A stretch of DNA of 64,000 nucleotides, taken from the NCBI GenBank assembly GCA_963798845.1, contig CAWCUS010000005.1:224001-288000 (forward strand), written 5' to 3'. Positions within the stretch are counted from its first letter, which is position 1; every line of letters starts with the position of its first letter. Below are positions 38,008 to 47,791 of this stretch, in pieces. The stretch comes from an uncultured Gemmatimonadales bacterium. GTDB lineage: Bacteria; Gemmatimonadota; Gemmatimonadetes; Longimicrobiales; RSA9. The notes below the pieces were generated by a model that was not told the DNA's origin, did not search any database, and worked only from the letters and a program-made list of their open reading frames with translations. Both the position numbers and the translations under genes were made by a program.

Positions 38008-41000
38008 ATGAACGCCCGCCATTGTTTGAATGCGGCAGTGCTGGCGGCGCTCGCCTTGGTCCCGCTACGGCTGTCTGCTCAGCAGACGGCCACGCTCGCG
38101 GGCCAGGTGACAGGGCCAGACGGTGGGCCGCTGGTAGCGGCCACCGTGGAAATCGGAGGCCTCAATCTCGGAACGCTGACCAACGACCAGGGCCGCTACC
38201 TGATCACGGTTCCGGCGTCGCGAGTCCAGGGACAGGAAGTCACGGTCACGGCCACCATGCTCGGCCACCGTTCCCAGTCCCATACCGTCACGCTCAGCGG
38301 TGGCGCGACCACACTCAACTTCATCCTTTCGGAGGATCCGCTGAAGCTGAGTGAGATCGTGGTCACCGGGCAGGGCACGAAGCAGGAGCGTGCCAAGCTC
38401 GGCGTGAGCATCAGCTCCGTGGGCGGCCAGGAGCTGGTCCAGTCCCAGGAGTCGAACGTGGTGGCGGCGCTGGCGGGCAAGGCCCCCAACGTGGAGGTGA
38501 CGAGCTCCGCCGGCGACCCCGGCGCCAGCGCGTACATCCGCATTCGAGGCGCCTCCTCCATCGTGGGCGGCACCCAGCCGCTGTTCGTGGTGGACGGCAC
38601 GCCGATCAGCAACGCCACGCATGGGTTGGAAGGGACCACTGCGGGCACGGTGGTGTCGAACCGCGCCATCGACCTGAACCCCGAAGACATCGCCAACATC
38701 GAGATCCTGAAGGGCGCGGCCGCGGCGGCGCTGTACGGGTCGCGTGCGGCGAACGGCGTGGTGCTGATCACCACGAAGCGGGGGCAGCCCGGGACGAGCC
38801 GGGTGACGTACAGCACGTCCTACAGCTTCGACGAGGTGAACAAGACCGTTCCGCTCCAGACCAGCTACGGTCAGGGGTTCGTCAACCTGGATGACCTGAC
38901 GACCAACATCTCCCCCACCTCGTCCGCGAGCTGGGGCCCGGCGCTGTCCGCCAGCACTCCCGTCTACGACCATGCCGACGAGGTGTATCGGACGGGGCAC
39001 CGGTTCGAGAACAACCTGACCTGGTCCGGGGGCAGCGAACGGACGACGTACTATCTGTCCATCGGGCGGTTGGATCACGGCGGCGTGATTGTCGGTCCGC
39101 AGAAGTACGAGCGGACCACGGTCCGCCTGAAGGGGACGCACTCGTTCACCGACGCGCTGCGGATCGGCGGGAACATCGCCTACACCGACGGCACCGGTGA
39201 CTTCGTGCAGCAGGGGTCGAACATTTCCGGCATCCAGCTGGGTGCGCTGCGCACGCCGCCGGACTTCAACAACCTGCCGTACATCGACCCGGAGACGGGG
39301 CTTCACCGCTCGTACCGCTACCCGCATCCGACGCTGCTGGCGCGGACCCGCGGCTATGACAACCCGTTCTTCATTGCGAACGAGATCCTGAACACGGCCA
39401 ACGTGGGCCGGGCGTTCGGCAACATCAGCGCCGAGTACACGCCAATGCCGTGGCTGTCGTTCAACCTGGTGGTGGGCGGTGACTACGCCAACGACGAACG
39501 GCTGACCACGTTCCCCAAGAGCTCGTCCGCCTACCCGGACGGCGCGGTGCTGCGTGGCGACTTCGTCGACAAGTCGTACGACGAGACGCTGACCGCCACC
39601 GTCAACCGGACGCTGATGGAGGGCGTGGACGCCACCATCACGCTCGGCCAGAACCTCAACCAGTCCGAGTATCAGCGCTACCAGGTGGACGGGTCGCAGC
39701 TGATCTTCGGCACCGATCAGCTCGACTTCACGGTCTCGAAGGACCCGAACGAGTACCGCGAGACGATACGCACCGACGGCTGGTTCTCCCAGGTCCAGCT
39801 CGACCTGTCCAACCAGCTCACGCTGACCGGGAACTTCCGGCTCGACGGCTCCAACACGTTCGGGGCCGGAACATCCAGCCGGTTCTTCTATCCGGGCGTG
39901 AGCGCTTCCTGGCGCTTCTCCCAGATGAACGACTTCGGCGGGCTGCTCAGCTTCGGCCGCCTGCGCGCCTCCTACGGCGTGACCGGCCGTCAGCCGCCGC
40001 CGTTCTCGAACGTGTCCGCGTACACCACCGGCGCGTTCTCCGACGGCTGGCTCGACCAGGGGCTGCAGTCCATCTACCTGGGGAACGAGGGCGTGTTCGC
40101 CCAGGGGACGCTCGGCAACGACGCCATCAAGCCGGAGCGTGAGACGGAGTTCGAGGGTGGCATCGACCTGGCGTTCTTCCAGGACAAGATCAGCCTCGGG
40201 CTGACCTACTACAACCGTGAGACGACGGACGCCATTCTCTCCGTTCCCGTGCCGCCCAGCACCGGCTACTTCTCGAAGTACGAGAACGTGGCAGGCTGGA
40301 CGAACAAGGGTTGGGAAGCCACGCTCGACCTGACGCCGATCCGGACTGACAACTTCAGCTGGACCGTCGGCGGGCAGTGGTCGACCAACAAGAGCTGCGT
40401 CAAGAACATCGGCGGCGCCAACGACGTGTTCCTGAACGGGTTCACGGATACGTACGCCGCGCTGGTCAAGCCGGACGCGAACGGGGACTGCTATCAGTTC
40501 GGCGTCCTCTTCGGGACGGACTGGATTCGCTTCGGCCGCGGCAGCCAGGTGGGTGGCGTGGACATCGACCAGGCGTACCCGAACGCCGCGAACGGCACCG
40601 TCTACATCGGCGCCGATGGCTTCCCGATCGGGGACCCCCAGTACCGCGTGCTGGGCGACCCGGCGCCGGACTGGCTGGCGAGCATCCGGACGAACGTGAC
40701 GCTCTTCCAGAAGCTCCGGCTGGGCGCGCTGTTCGACTTCAAGCAGGGCGGCGACGTCTGGAACGGGACGAAGGGTGCCCTCTACTACTTCGGGACCCAC
40801 AAGGAGACCGAAGGGATGCACGGCGCGGGCGAGCCGCGCGTGTTCGAAGGCGAGGGCCCCGGCGCGGGCACGCAGGTCATGCTCAACTGGGACACGTGGG
40901 GGTACAACGGGCCCGGCAGCGGCTTCACCGGGCCGGCCGTGCAGTTCGTCGAGGACGGCAGCTACGTCAAGCTGCGTGAGCTCAGCGTCTCCTACGACCT

Positions 41001-41199
41001 GAATGCCGAATGGCTGCGGCCGCTCGGATTCAGCGCCGCGCAGATCACGGTGGCGGGGCGGAACCTGGTCACCTGGACCGATTACACCGGTATCGACCCG
41101 GAGAGCAATCTCACGGGGCCGAGCACCGGCCGCGGGCTTGACTACTTCAATAACCCGCAGACGCGGTCCTGGGTCATCGGCGCATCCCTTACCCGCTAA
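38008..41199 (+). CDS. SusC/RagA-family TonB-dependent receptor
   Basis: AAGGAGG RBS, signal peptide, carboxypeptidase-regulatory-like N-domain, QPLFVVDG, DLNPEDIANIEILKGAAAAALYGSRAANGVVLITTK, IKPERETE. Confidence 0.96.
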   Translation: MNARHCLNAAVLAALALVPLRLSAQQTATLAGQVTGPDGGPLVAATVEIGGLNLGTLTNDQGRYLITVPASRVQGQEVTVTATMLGHRSQSHTVTLSGGATTLNFILSEDPLKLSEIVVTGQGTKQERAKLGVSISSVGGQELVQSQESNVVAALAGKAPNVEVTSSAGDPGASAYIRIRGASSIVGGTQPLFVVDGTPISNATHGLEGTTAGTVVSNRAIDLNPEDIANIEILKGAAAAALYGSRAANGVVLITTKRGQPGTSRVTYSTSYSFDEVNKTVPLQTSYGQGFVNLDDLTTNISPTSSASWGPALSASTPVYDHADEVYRTGHRFENNLTWSGGSERTTYYLSIGRLDHGGVIVGPQKYERTTVRLKGTHSFTDALRIGGNIAYTDGTGDFVQQGSNISGIQLGALRTPPDFNNLPYIDPETGLHRSYRYPHPTLLARTRGYDNPFFIANEILNTANVGRAFGNISAEYTPMPWLSFNLVVGGDYANDERLTTFPKSSSAYPDGAVLRGDFVDKSYDETLTATVNRTLMEGVDATITLGQNLNQSEYQRYQVDGSQLIFGTDQLDFTVSKDPNEYRETIRTDGWFSQVQLDLSNQLTLTGNFRLDGSNTFGAGTSSRFFYPGVSASWRFSQMNDFGGLLSFGRLRASYGVTGRQPPPFSNVSAYTTGAFSDGWLDQGLQSIYLGNEGVFAQGTLGNDAIKPERETEFEGGIDLAFFQDKISLGLTYYNRETTDAILSVPVPPSTGYFSKYENVAGWTNKGWEATLDLTPIRTDNFSWTVGGQWSTNKSCVKNIGGANDVFLNGFTDTYAALVKPDANGDCYQFGVLFGTDWIRFGRGSQVGGVDIDQAYPNAANGTVYIGADGFPIGDPQYRVLGDPAPDWLASIRTNVTLFQKLRLGALFDFKQGGDVWNGTKGALYYFGTHKETEGMHGAGEPRVFEGEGPGAGTQVMLNWDTWGYNGPGSGFTGPAVQFVEDGSYVKLRELSVSYDLNAEWLRPLGFSAAQITVAGRNLVTWTDYTGIDPESNLTGPSTGRGLDYFNNPQTRSWVIGASLTR

Positions 41200-41215
41200 C
41201 CGCAAGGAGAGAGAC

Positions 41216-42646
41216 ATGCCTAGCAAGAGAAACCGGTGGAGCCGCGCCGCGGGCGTGGCGCTGGTCGCCGGCCTCGCTCTCGGCGGGTGCGATTTCATCA
41301 GCCCGATCGACACGAATCCGAACGCGGTTCCGACGGCCACGGTGGACCAGCTCCTCACGTCGGTCCAGGTGAACACGTTCTTCTTCAGCGAAGGCCAGAT
41401 CTCCCGGCTGACATCCATGTGGCTGCAGCAGATGGCCGGGAACCAGCGGCAGTTCAGTCAGCTTGACCAGTACCTTCTGTCCGAGATCGACGTGGACGGC
41501 GAATTCTCGACGATCTACACGGGCGGCGGACTGGTGGACCTGCGCAAGGCCGTGGCTCAGGCCGAGGAGCAGGGGTGGGACACCTACTCGGGGATCTTCA
41601 AGATCCACGAGGCCTATCTGTTCGGGATGGCCGCCAGCATCTGGGGCGACATCCCGTTCAGCGAGGCCGGTGGCATCGAGGGGGTGGACCACCCGACGGC
41701 GGATGACCAGGCGGATGTGTACGCGGCCGTCCAGTCGATGCTGGATGCCGCCATTTCCGACCTGCAGAGCGGCGGCGGTCCGAGCCCGGGCGCGGTCGAC
41801 CTGGCGTTCGGCGGCGACAAGGCCGCCTGGATCAAGGTGGCCCACAGCCTGAAGGCCCGCTTCTACATCCAGAACAGCGACTACGCCTCGGCCATGAGCG
41901 AGGCGCAGCAGGGGATCAGCAGCGCCAGCGGGAACTGGATGACCCTGCACAGCGGCCCCACGTTCTCCGGCTTCGGCAACCCGTGGAACGAGTTCATTTT
42001 CGCGTCCCGCAGCGGCTACATCGTGGGCGGCGCGTTCGGGGTCAACGTCCTGAAGGACCGCTTCGGACCCGGCAACAATGATCCCCGGCTGCCGATCTAC
42101 TACAGCACCGGCACGGGCCCGTTTGCCGGGATGTTCGCCGGCTCACCGCCGCTCACGCCCGCTGATGATCCGGCGGACGATGCCTCGGTGCTCTCGGAGA
42201 CCGGGTATGGCGCGGCGGACGCGAGCATGCCGATCGTGTCATGCGCCGAGACGCAGCTGATCATGGCCGAAGTAGCGCTGCACGACGGCAACCCTGCCGC
42301 GGCGGGGACGGCCATGGAGGCGGCGAGGTCGTGCCAGGAAGCCCTCTTCGGCATCACCCTCCCGCCGGCGCCGGCCAGCCCGACGCTCGCAGAGGTGATG
42401 GAAGAGAAGTACATCGTGCAGTTCCTGAACATCGACGCGTGGAACGACTACAAGCGCACGTGCCTCCCGGACCTGATCGCCAACTCGGCGGCCATGGGCT
42501 GGGCGATTCCGACGGCAGCCACGCCGGTCCCCGTCCGGATGTACTACGGCCAGGGAGAGCGGCAGCAGAACCCGAATCTGCCGGAGCCGGACGCCACCGG
42601 GAACACGCTGTACTCCATCGACAACGCATCGCCGTGCACCACCTGA
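41216..42646 (+). CDS. SusD/RagB-family lipoprotein
   Basis: AAGGAG RBS, LGG-C lipobox, WGDIPFSEA, WIKVAHSLKARF, DPRL, AWNDYKRT. Directly after susC. Confidence 0.93.
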   Translation: MPSKRNRWSRAAGVALVAGLALGGCDFISPIDTNPNAVPTATVDQLLTSVQVNTFFFSEGQISRLTSMWLQQMAGNQRQFSQLDQYLLSEIDVDGEFSTIYTGGGLVDLRKAVAQAEEQGWDTYSGIFKIHEAYLFGMAASIWGDIPFSEAGGIEGVDHPTADDQADVYAAVQSMLDAAISDLQSGGGPSPGAVDLAFGGDKAAWIKVAHSLKARFYIQNSDYASAMSEAQQGISSASGNWMTLHSGPTFSGFGNPWNEFIFASRSGYIVGGAFGVNVLKDRFGPGNNDPRLPIYYSTGTGPFAGMFAGSPPLTPADDPADDASVLSETGYGAADASMPIVSCAETQLIMAEVALHDGNPAAAGTAMEAARSCQEALFGITLPPAPASPTLAEVMEEKYIVQFLNIDAWNDYKRTCLPDLIANSAAMGWAIPTAATPVPVRMYYGQGERQQNPNLPEPDATGNTLYSIDNASPCTT

Positions 42647-42678
42647 TGTGACCGGCGGTAGCTGAGTCAACCTTCAAC

Positions 42679-42724
42679 CCTCGGGCCGGCTCCCCGCTTT
42701 CGCTGCGGCGGGGCCGGCCCGAGG
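42679..42724 (+). terminator. Long GC hairpin after susD (no U-tract)
   Basis: CCTCGGGCCGGC...GCCGGCCCGAGG 12-bp perfect arms with further internal pairing. Confidence 0.5.
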
Positions 42725-42777
42725 CCCATCCGGGCTCGGACCTTGGCGGCGGGACCTTCGGTCGCTACCCTATCGGC

Positions 42778-43221
42778 ATGATCCGCAACACGCTTCTCAT
42801 CGCGGCGGCGCTGCTGCTGAGCGGCTGCTTCGCCTACATCCCCGTCCCTCCCGGCACCGCGCCGCCTCAGGGCACGGCCGTGCGCGCCTATCTTTCCCGC
42901 CCGGGCGACTACCGCCTCACCGACTACACGGCGAACAACATCGTCCAGATCGATGGCGAGATCGTCCGGGTGAACCCCGACACGCTCGTCCTGTCCGCGT
43001 TCGGACTTCAGGCCGCGAGCGGGTTCGAGTTCCTGGGCAACGGGGAAACGGTCCTGGTCCCGCGGATGGCCGTGGGCGGGCTCGAGCGAAAACAGCTCTC
43101 AGTGTGGCGTTCGGCGGCGCTCGGGGCCGTGTTCGCGGCCGTCGTCACCCTCGGCGGCTTCGCCCTCGCCGCGGCGGGCGGCGGGAGCGAGGGCGGCGGA
43201 AACGGCGGCCAGACCCGGTAG
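42778..43221 (+). CDS. Hypothetical lipoprotein with C-terminal TM segment
   Basis: LSG-C lipobox, C-terminal hydrophobic helix and Gly-rich tail. Confidence 0.78.
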   Translation: MIRNTLLIAAALLLSGCFAYIPVPPGTAPPQGTAVRAYLSRPGDYRLTDYTANNIVQIDGEIVRVNPDTLVLSAFGLQAASGFEFLGNGETVLVPRMAVGGLERKQLSVWRSAALGAVFAAVVTLGGFALAAAGGGSEGGGNGGQTR

Positions 43222-43224
43222 CGA

Positions 43225-43695
43225 TCATTGTGGCGTCCCGGAAATCGCTGTCCAGGCCTGTCCTGAACGGCGTAACGTCACGTCCCACGTGGCTTTGGCC
43301 ACCGGCTCCCTCGGCGAGCTCCCCCGGTACCAGGCGTACACCCGGACGCTGGCCTGGTCACCGTGAACCGCGGGCGGGGAGATGGCCAGCAGAGCATCGA
43401 CCGAGAGCCTGCACGTGGACGGATCCATGAGGTCGGAGCACATGCGCGCGTCCTCGAGCGTGGCGAGCTTCGCCCCAAGCCCCCGGGCCACGGCCTGCGA
43501 CACCGCGTCCCCCACCCCGCCGTCGGACCGATGGGGGTCCAGCGCCAGCGACCCCGACGGCAGCTTGCCCCTCGCCCACTGGCCGGCCGCGATCATCGCC
43601 CCTTCCTCCACCTGCGGCTTCTGAGCGGACGCCGCATCGCCCCGGGCGAAGCCCGCCGCCAGGATCACCGCCGCCGTAATCACGCGTGCCTGCAT
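43225..43695 (-). CDS. Secreted hypothetical protein
   Basis: Signal peptide ending ASA-Q, Cys pair, AAAGGGGG RBS. Confidence 0.72.
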   Translation of the reverse strand: MQARVITAAVILAAGFARGDAASAQKPQVEEGAMIAAGQWARGKLPSGSLALDPHRSDGGVGDAVSQAVARGLGAKLATLEDARMCSDLMDPSTCRLSVDALLAISPPAVHGDQASVRVYAWYRGSSPREPVAKATWDVTLRRSGQAWTAISGTPQ

Positions 43696-43835
43696 GGGGC
43701 CCCCTTTGTGATTGCTGCCCCTATTGCCATCTCTTCATGGAAGTGCAAGGGCCGCGCCTCGGCACGGCCCCTGACCGACACTCCCGCCGTGGCCCGTGCG
43801 GGCGCCGCCGCGGATTCCCCGCCCTTTTCCGAGCC

Positions 43836-44273
43836 CTACGCCTGGCCGTGCCGGTGCGCGTGCCCCACCCCCTGCAGGTGCGTCAGCCCGCCACCGTGGT
43901 CGTGCTCGTGATCGTGGCCGTGCCCCTGGCACGCCCGGGCCGGCGTCATCCGCACCACGTGCCCGTCCCGGAACGCGTCCACCGCCGCCCTCACGGTGAA
44001 AGCCTCCGTCGCGTACACCGCCATCCCCGCCCCCTCCAGCCGCGCCAGCGCCCGGGCACCCAGACCGCGGCACAGAACTGCCCCGATGGCAAGCCCTTCC
44101 AGTCCCGCCGTCGGCTGGCACTGCCCATGCTCGTGGCGCGCGTGCGCGTTCTCCAGCGGTTCCACAGTCCCCGCGTCCGTATCCACCAGCGTGAACCACG
44201 GCGCGCTTCCGAAATGCGGAGAAACCCGCGCGTCCAGTCCCGCCTCATTCGTGCTCGGTATGCACAGTTTCAC
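43836..44273 (-). CDS. NifB/NifX (FeMo-cofactor-binding-like) family protein with His-rich tail
   Basis: VSPHFGSAPWF.LVD, HEHGQCQP, AVLCRGLGARA, ACQGHGHDHEHDH. Confidence 0.88.
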   Translation of the reverse strand: MKLCIPSTNEAGLDARVSPHFGSAPWFTLVDTDAGTVEPLENAHARHEHGQCQPTAGLEGLAIGAVLCRGLGARALARLEGAGMAVYATEAFTVRAAVDAFRDGHVVRMTPARACQGHGHDHEHDHGGGLTHLQGVGHAHRHGQA

Positions 44274-44556
44274 GGTCCGCCCCTTTCTCTATGATCAACG
44301 CAGACGACGTCACCAGCGCTTCCACGACCTTCGCGCGACCCGCGCTGACCAGCCTCTGCACCGTGCCTCGCGAAACCCCCATTCGCGCCCCGGCCGCCGC
44401 CTGATCGTGCCCTTCCAGGTCGCACAGCCGCATCGCTTCCAGCTCGTCCAGCCGCAGATGCACCCTGCCGAGCTCCGGCATCGGGATGCTGCGCGGCTTG
44501 AACACGGCGTCGCCGTCGAACGTGCGACAGTGCCGGTGCTTCCTCGGTCGCGGCAC
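44245..44556 (-). CDS. DUF134 DNA-binding protein
   Basis: MPRPRKHRHC...FKPRSIP...LDELEAMRLCDLEGHDQAAAGARMGVSRGTVQRL..GRAKV.EAL. AAGGAGG RBS. Confidence 0.9.
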   Translation of the reverse strand: MPRPRKHRHCRTFDGDAVFKPRSIPMPELGRVHLRLDELEAMRLCDLEGHDQAAAGARMGVSRGTVQRLVSAGRAKVVEALVTSSALIIEKGADRETVHTEHE

Positions 44557-44570
44557 GACTCCTCCTTTTT

Positions 44571-44584
44571 TGTGCATATGCACA
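44571..44584. promoter_or_regulatory. Perfect palindrome TGTGCATATGCACA (operator candidate)
   Basis: Overlaps the -10 of the minus-strand promoter TTGCGC(44610-44605)-17-TACTGT(44587-44582) of the DUF134 gene. Confidence 0.7.
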
Positions 44585-44667
44585 GTAAGCGCAGCGAAGC
44601 CCCGGCGCAAGAGCGCCTTCGCGCGTCCCCAACCCTTCGCGCACCGGCCGTGTCCAAAGCGACGGAA

Positions 44668-44786
44668 GTGTTCGGAAACGGACACTCGCCGGTGCGAAAG
44701 CGGGCGGTGCCGGGACGGTCGATGATCCGGAATCCATTGCGACACAGGAGATTTTGGGGGTTCGTGACATCGGCATGGTCCTCGCC
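44668..44786 (+). promoter_or_regulatory. Candidate sigma54 promoter with upstream activator site
   Basis: GTGTTCG-gaaa-CGGACAC palindrome (44668-44685) and CGGCATG-gtcc-TCGC GG-N10-GC element (44771-44785). Confidence 0.55.
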
Positions 44787-44872
44787 CTTCGATGATGTGA
44801 ATACTTCCGGACGCTGTCGCCGTAGGGTCAGGCGGGCGAACGGTGAAGGACGGGAACGAAACCGAGGCTGCA

Positions 44873-46426
44873 ATGGAGCGTGGTGAGGTCAGGAAGGCCG
44901 GAGGGCGAGCGGCCTGGCTGTTGGCGTTCGGTCTCGGCGTGCTGCCGTCCGCGGCGGCCGCGCAGGCGGCGGGGCAGGAGCAGGCGCCCGCGTCGTTGAC
45001 GCTGGATGAGGCGCTCGACATCGCGCGGGAGAACAACCCGACATTCCAGGCTGCACGGAACGACGAAAAGGTGGCGGGCTGGTCGGTGCGCGAGGCGTAC
45101 GGTGCGCTGCTCCCGCGGGCTTCGCTATCGGGGGGCGTCCGCTACGAGGAGGGCGGCGCGTCGCTGATCGGGAGCTTCACGTCGGCGGACATCGGTCTGA
45201 CGTCCACGCCCGCGTACTACTTCTCGAGCTACGGGGTCGGCGCGTCGCTGAGCCTGAGCGGGGAGACCTTCTTCAACATGGCGGAACAGCGGGCGAGGCG
45301 GCGTGCGGTGGCGGCTACGGTGGATGCGGCGGAGCTGACGCTGGAAGCGACGGTGACGCAGCGATACGTGTCTGCGTTGCGCGCCCGGGACCTGGTGGAA
45401 GTGGGCGAGCAGCGCCTGGCGAGGGCGGAGGAGAACCTGACGCTGGCTTCGGCGCGCGCCGAAGCCGGCGTGGGGATCGAGCTGGACGCGAAGCAGGCGC
45501 GGGTGGAGCGGGGTCGTGCGCAGGTGAACCTGCTGACGGCGCGGAGCGACGAGAAGGGGGCGAAGCTGGCGTTGATGGAGCAGCTCGGAATCGAGCTGGA
45601 CGGGGACGTGTCGCTGACCACTGAGCTGCCGGTGTTCGAGCCGCCGTGGACGCTGGAAGAGCTGCTGGCGCTGGCGAGCGAGGCGCACCCGTCTCTGGTG
45701 TCGCTGGAGGCGACGGCGCGGGCGGAGCGGGCGGCGGCGAGAACGGCGTGGTCGTCGTACCTGCCGACGCTGTCCGCGAACGCGCAGCTCTCGGGCTACA
45801 CGCGGCAGGCGGGGAGCGACGATTTCCTGCTGGCGCAGAAGGAGGACGTCCTCCAGTCGAGGCTGGAGAACTGCCAGCAGCTGAACGATCTCTATTCGCG
45901 GCTGGCGGACCCGTACCCCCCCGACGACTGCAGCGGCTACGTCCTCACGGGTGAGCGGAAGGATTCGCTGCTTTCGACGGTGGTGGCGGGGAACCGGGCG
46001 TTCCCGTTCGAGTTCCAGAAGCAGCCGCTCACGGTCTCCGTGCAGCTTTCGCTGCCGATCTTCACGGGCTTCAGCCGGCAGCGTCAGATCGCGCAGGCGG
46101 AAGCGGCGGCCGCGGACACGGACTACCAGCTGAAAGCGGAGGAGCTGCGGCTCAAGACGGCGGTCTCCTCGGTGTACGAGCAGCTGAGCACGGCGTACCA
46201 GGCCGTGCAGCTGGAGGAGGAGAATCGGTCGGTTGCGGACGAGCAGCTGGAGCAGGCGAGAGAGCGCTACCGTGTCGGCCTGGACTCGTTCGTACAGCTC
46301 ACGGAGGCGGAGACCTTGAAGTCGGAGGCCGACCAGGCGTACCTGGCGGCCATCTACAGCTTTCACGAGGCGTTGGCGGAGCTGGAATCGGCGGTCGGAC
46401 AGCCGCTCCGGCGCGCGTCCCGTTGA
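44873..46426 (+). CDS. TolC-family outer membrane protein
   Basis: Signal peptide, LTLDEALDIARENNP, LSLPIFTGF, two OEP repeats. Confidence 0.92.
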   Translation: MERGEVRKAGGRAAWLLAFGLGVLPSAAAAQAAGQEQAPASLTLDEALDIARENNPTFQAARNDEKVAGWSVREAYGALLPRASLSGGVRYEEGGASLIGSFTSADIGLTSTPAYYFSSYGVGASLSLSGETFFNMAEQRARRRAVAATVDAAELTLEATVTQRYVSALRARDLVEVGEQRLARAEENLTLASARAEAGVGIELDAKQARVERGRAQVNLLTARSDEKGAKLALMEQLGIELDGDVSLTTELPVFEPPWTLEELLALASEAHPSLVSLEATARAERAAARTAWSSYLPTLSANAQLSGYTRQAGSDDFLLAQKEDVLQSRLENCQQLNDLYSRLADPYPPDDCSGYVLTGERKDSLLSTVVAGNRAFPFEFQKQPLTVSVQLSLPIFTGFSRQRQIAQAEAAAADTDYQLKAEELRLKTAVSSVYEQLSTAYQAVQLEEENRSVADEQLEQARERYRVGLDSFVQLTEAETLKSEADQAYLAAIYSFHEALAELESAVGQPLRRASR

Positions 46427-46444
46427 AGAGGGAGCGGATCGCGG

Positions 46445-47761
46445 ATGAGCATGGCAGCGAAGAAGCAGGACGACGGCGGGACGGAGGGCGCCCCCGCCTC
46501 CGGACATCGGATCTCCATGGATGTCCCGCGCTCCGATGGGGCGAAGCGGCGCAAGTGGCTGTACTGGGGTGCGGGGGCAGTGCTGCTGGTGGCGGCCACG
46601 ATCGGGCTGTCGCGGCTCAAGCCGGCGGCCCCGGCGGTCGACCGGGACGTGGTGTTCACCGGCGCGGTGACGCGCGGGACCATGCTCAAGGAGGTTCGCG
46701 GCCCGGGGACGCTGGTGCCGGAGCACGTGCGCTGGGTTTCCGCAGTGACGGCCGGGCGGGTGGAGCGGCGCCTCGTGGAGCCGGGCGCGCAGGTCGACTC
46801 GGGAACGCTCATCATGGAGTTGTCGAACCCGGATGTGCAGCTCCAGGCGCTGGAAGCGGAGCGTCAGCTGGCTGCGGCGCAGGCGCAGCTGGTGGAGACC
46901 GGTACGACGCTGGAATCGGGTCGACTGAACCAGGCGGGCGTGGTGGCCCAGGTGCGATCGCAGTACCAGCAGGCGCAGCGAACGCTGAGCTCGTACGAGG
47001 AGCTGAACGCGAAGCGGCTGGTGGCGCAGAACGACCTGAAGCAGGCCCGCGACCAGGTGACGGAGCTGGAGGAGCGCGGCCGAATAGAGCAGGAGCGGCT
47101 CGACCTCATGGAGCGAAACACTGAGCGACAGATCGCCGTACAGAAGTCCCAGGTCGAGCGGCTTCAGCAGATCGTGGACTTCCAGCAGGACCGACTGGCT
47201 TCCATGCACGTGACCGCCGGGAGCGATGGCGTGCTCCAGGAGCTGAACTTCGAGCCGGGCCAGTGGGTGCAGCCCGGGGCGACGCTCGCCAAGGTGGTGC
47301 AGCCCGGACGGCTGAAGGCGGTGCTGCGGATCCCCGAAGTCCAGGCGAAGGACGTGACCGTGGGCCAGCCGGCGAAGATCGACATCCGGAGCGGGATCAT
47401 CCAGGGGCACGTGATGCGGATCGATCCGGCGGCGCAGGGTGGCTCGGTGACGGTCGACGTGGCGCTGGACGTGGAGGCGCTGCCGAAAGGCGCCCGTCCC
47501 GACCTGAGCGTGGATGGGACGGTAGAGGTGGCGCGCCTGGACGACGTGCTCCACATGCCGCGACCGCACATCGGGCAAGCGAACAGCTCGGTGGGTCTGT
47601 TCAAGGTGGTGAACGGCAACGAGGCCGTGCGGGTCACGGCGCAGCTGGGCGAGACATCGGTGAACGAAGTGGAAGTGCGGAGCGGGCTCGAGGAAGGCGA
47701 CGTCGTCATCCTCTCCGATATGTCCGCGTGGGATTCGTACGATCGCGTACGACTCAAGTAG
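46445..47761 (+). CDS. HlyD/MFP periplasmic adaptor of an ABC efflux system
   Basis: N-terminal TM, VRGPGTLVPE, coiled coil, ARPDLSVDGTVE, GLEEGDVVILSDMS. Confidence 0.92.
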   Translation: MSMAAKKQDDGGTEGAPASGHRISMDVPRSDGAKRRKWLYWGAGAVLLVAATIGLSRLKPAAPAVDRDVVFTGAVTRGTMLKEVRGPGTLVPEHVRWVSAVTAGRVERRLVEPGAQVDSGTLIMELSNPDVQLQALEAERQLAAAQAQLVETGTTLESGRLNQAGVVAQVRSQYQQAQRTLSSYEELNAKRLVAQNDLKQARDQVTELEERGRIEQERLDLMERNTERQIAVQKSQVERLQQIVDFQQDRLASMHVTAGSDGVLQELNFEPGQWVQPGATLAKVVQPGRLKAVLRIPEVQAKDVTVGQPAKIDIRSGIIQGHVMRIDPAAQGGSVTVDVALDVEALPKGARPDLSVDGTVEVARLDDVLHMPRPHIGQANSSVGLFKVVNGNEAVRVTAQLGETSVNEVEVRSGLEEGDVVILSDMSAWDSYDRVRLK

Positions 47762-47791
47762 ACTCCTTCTGAAGCGAGAGCGAGAGCGACC

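Noticed and set aside
38065..41418. 1117-aa minus-strand ORF
   Set aside because: Antisense shadow of susC.
43836..44273. Nitrogen fixation inferred from the NifX-like gene and molybdate transporter
   Set aside because: No nifHDK or nifENB is present, and this domain is widespread in non-diazotrophs.
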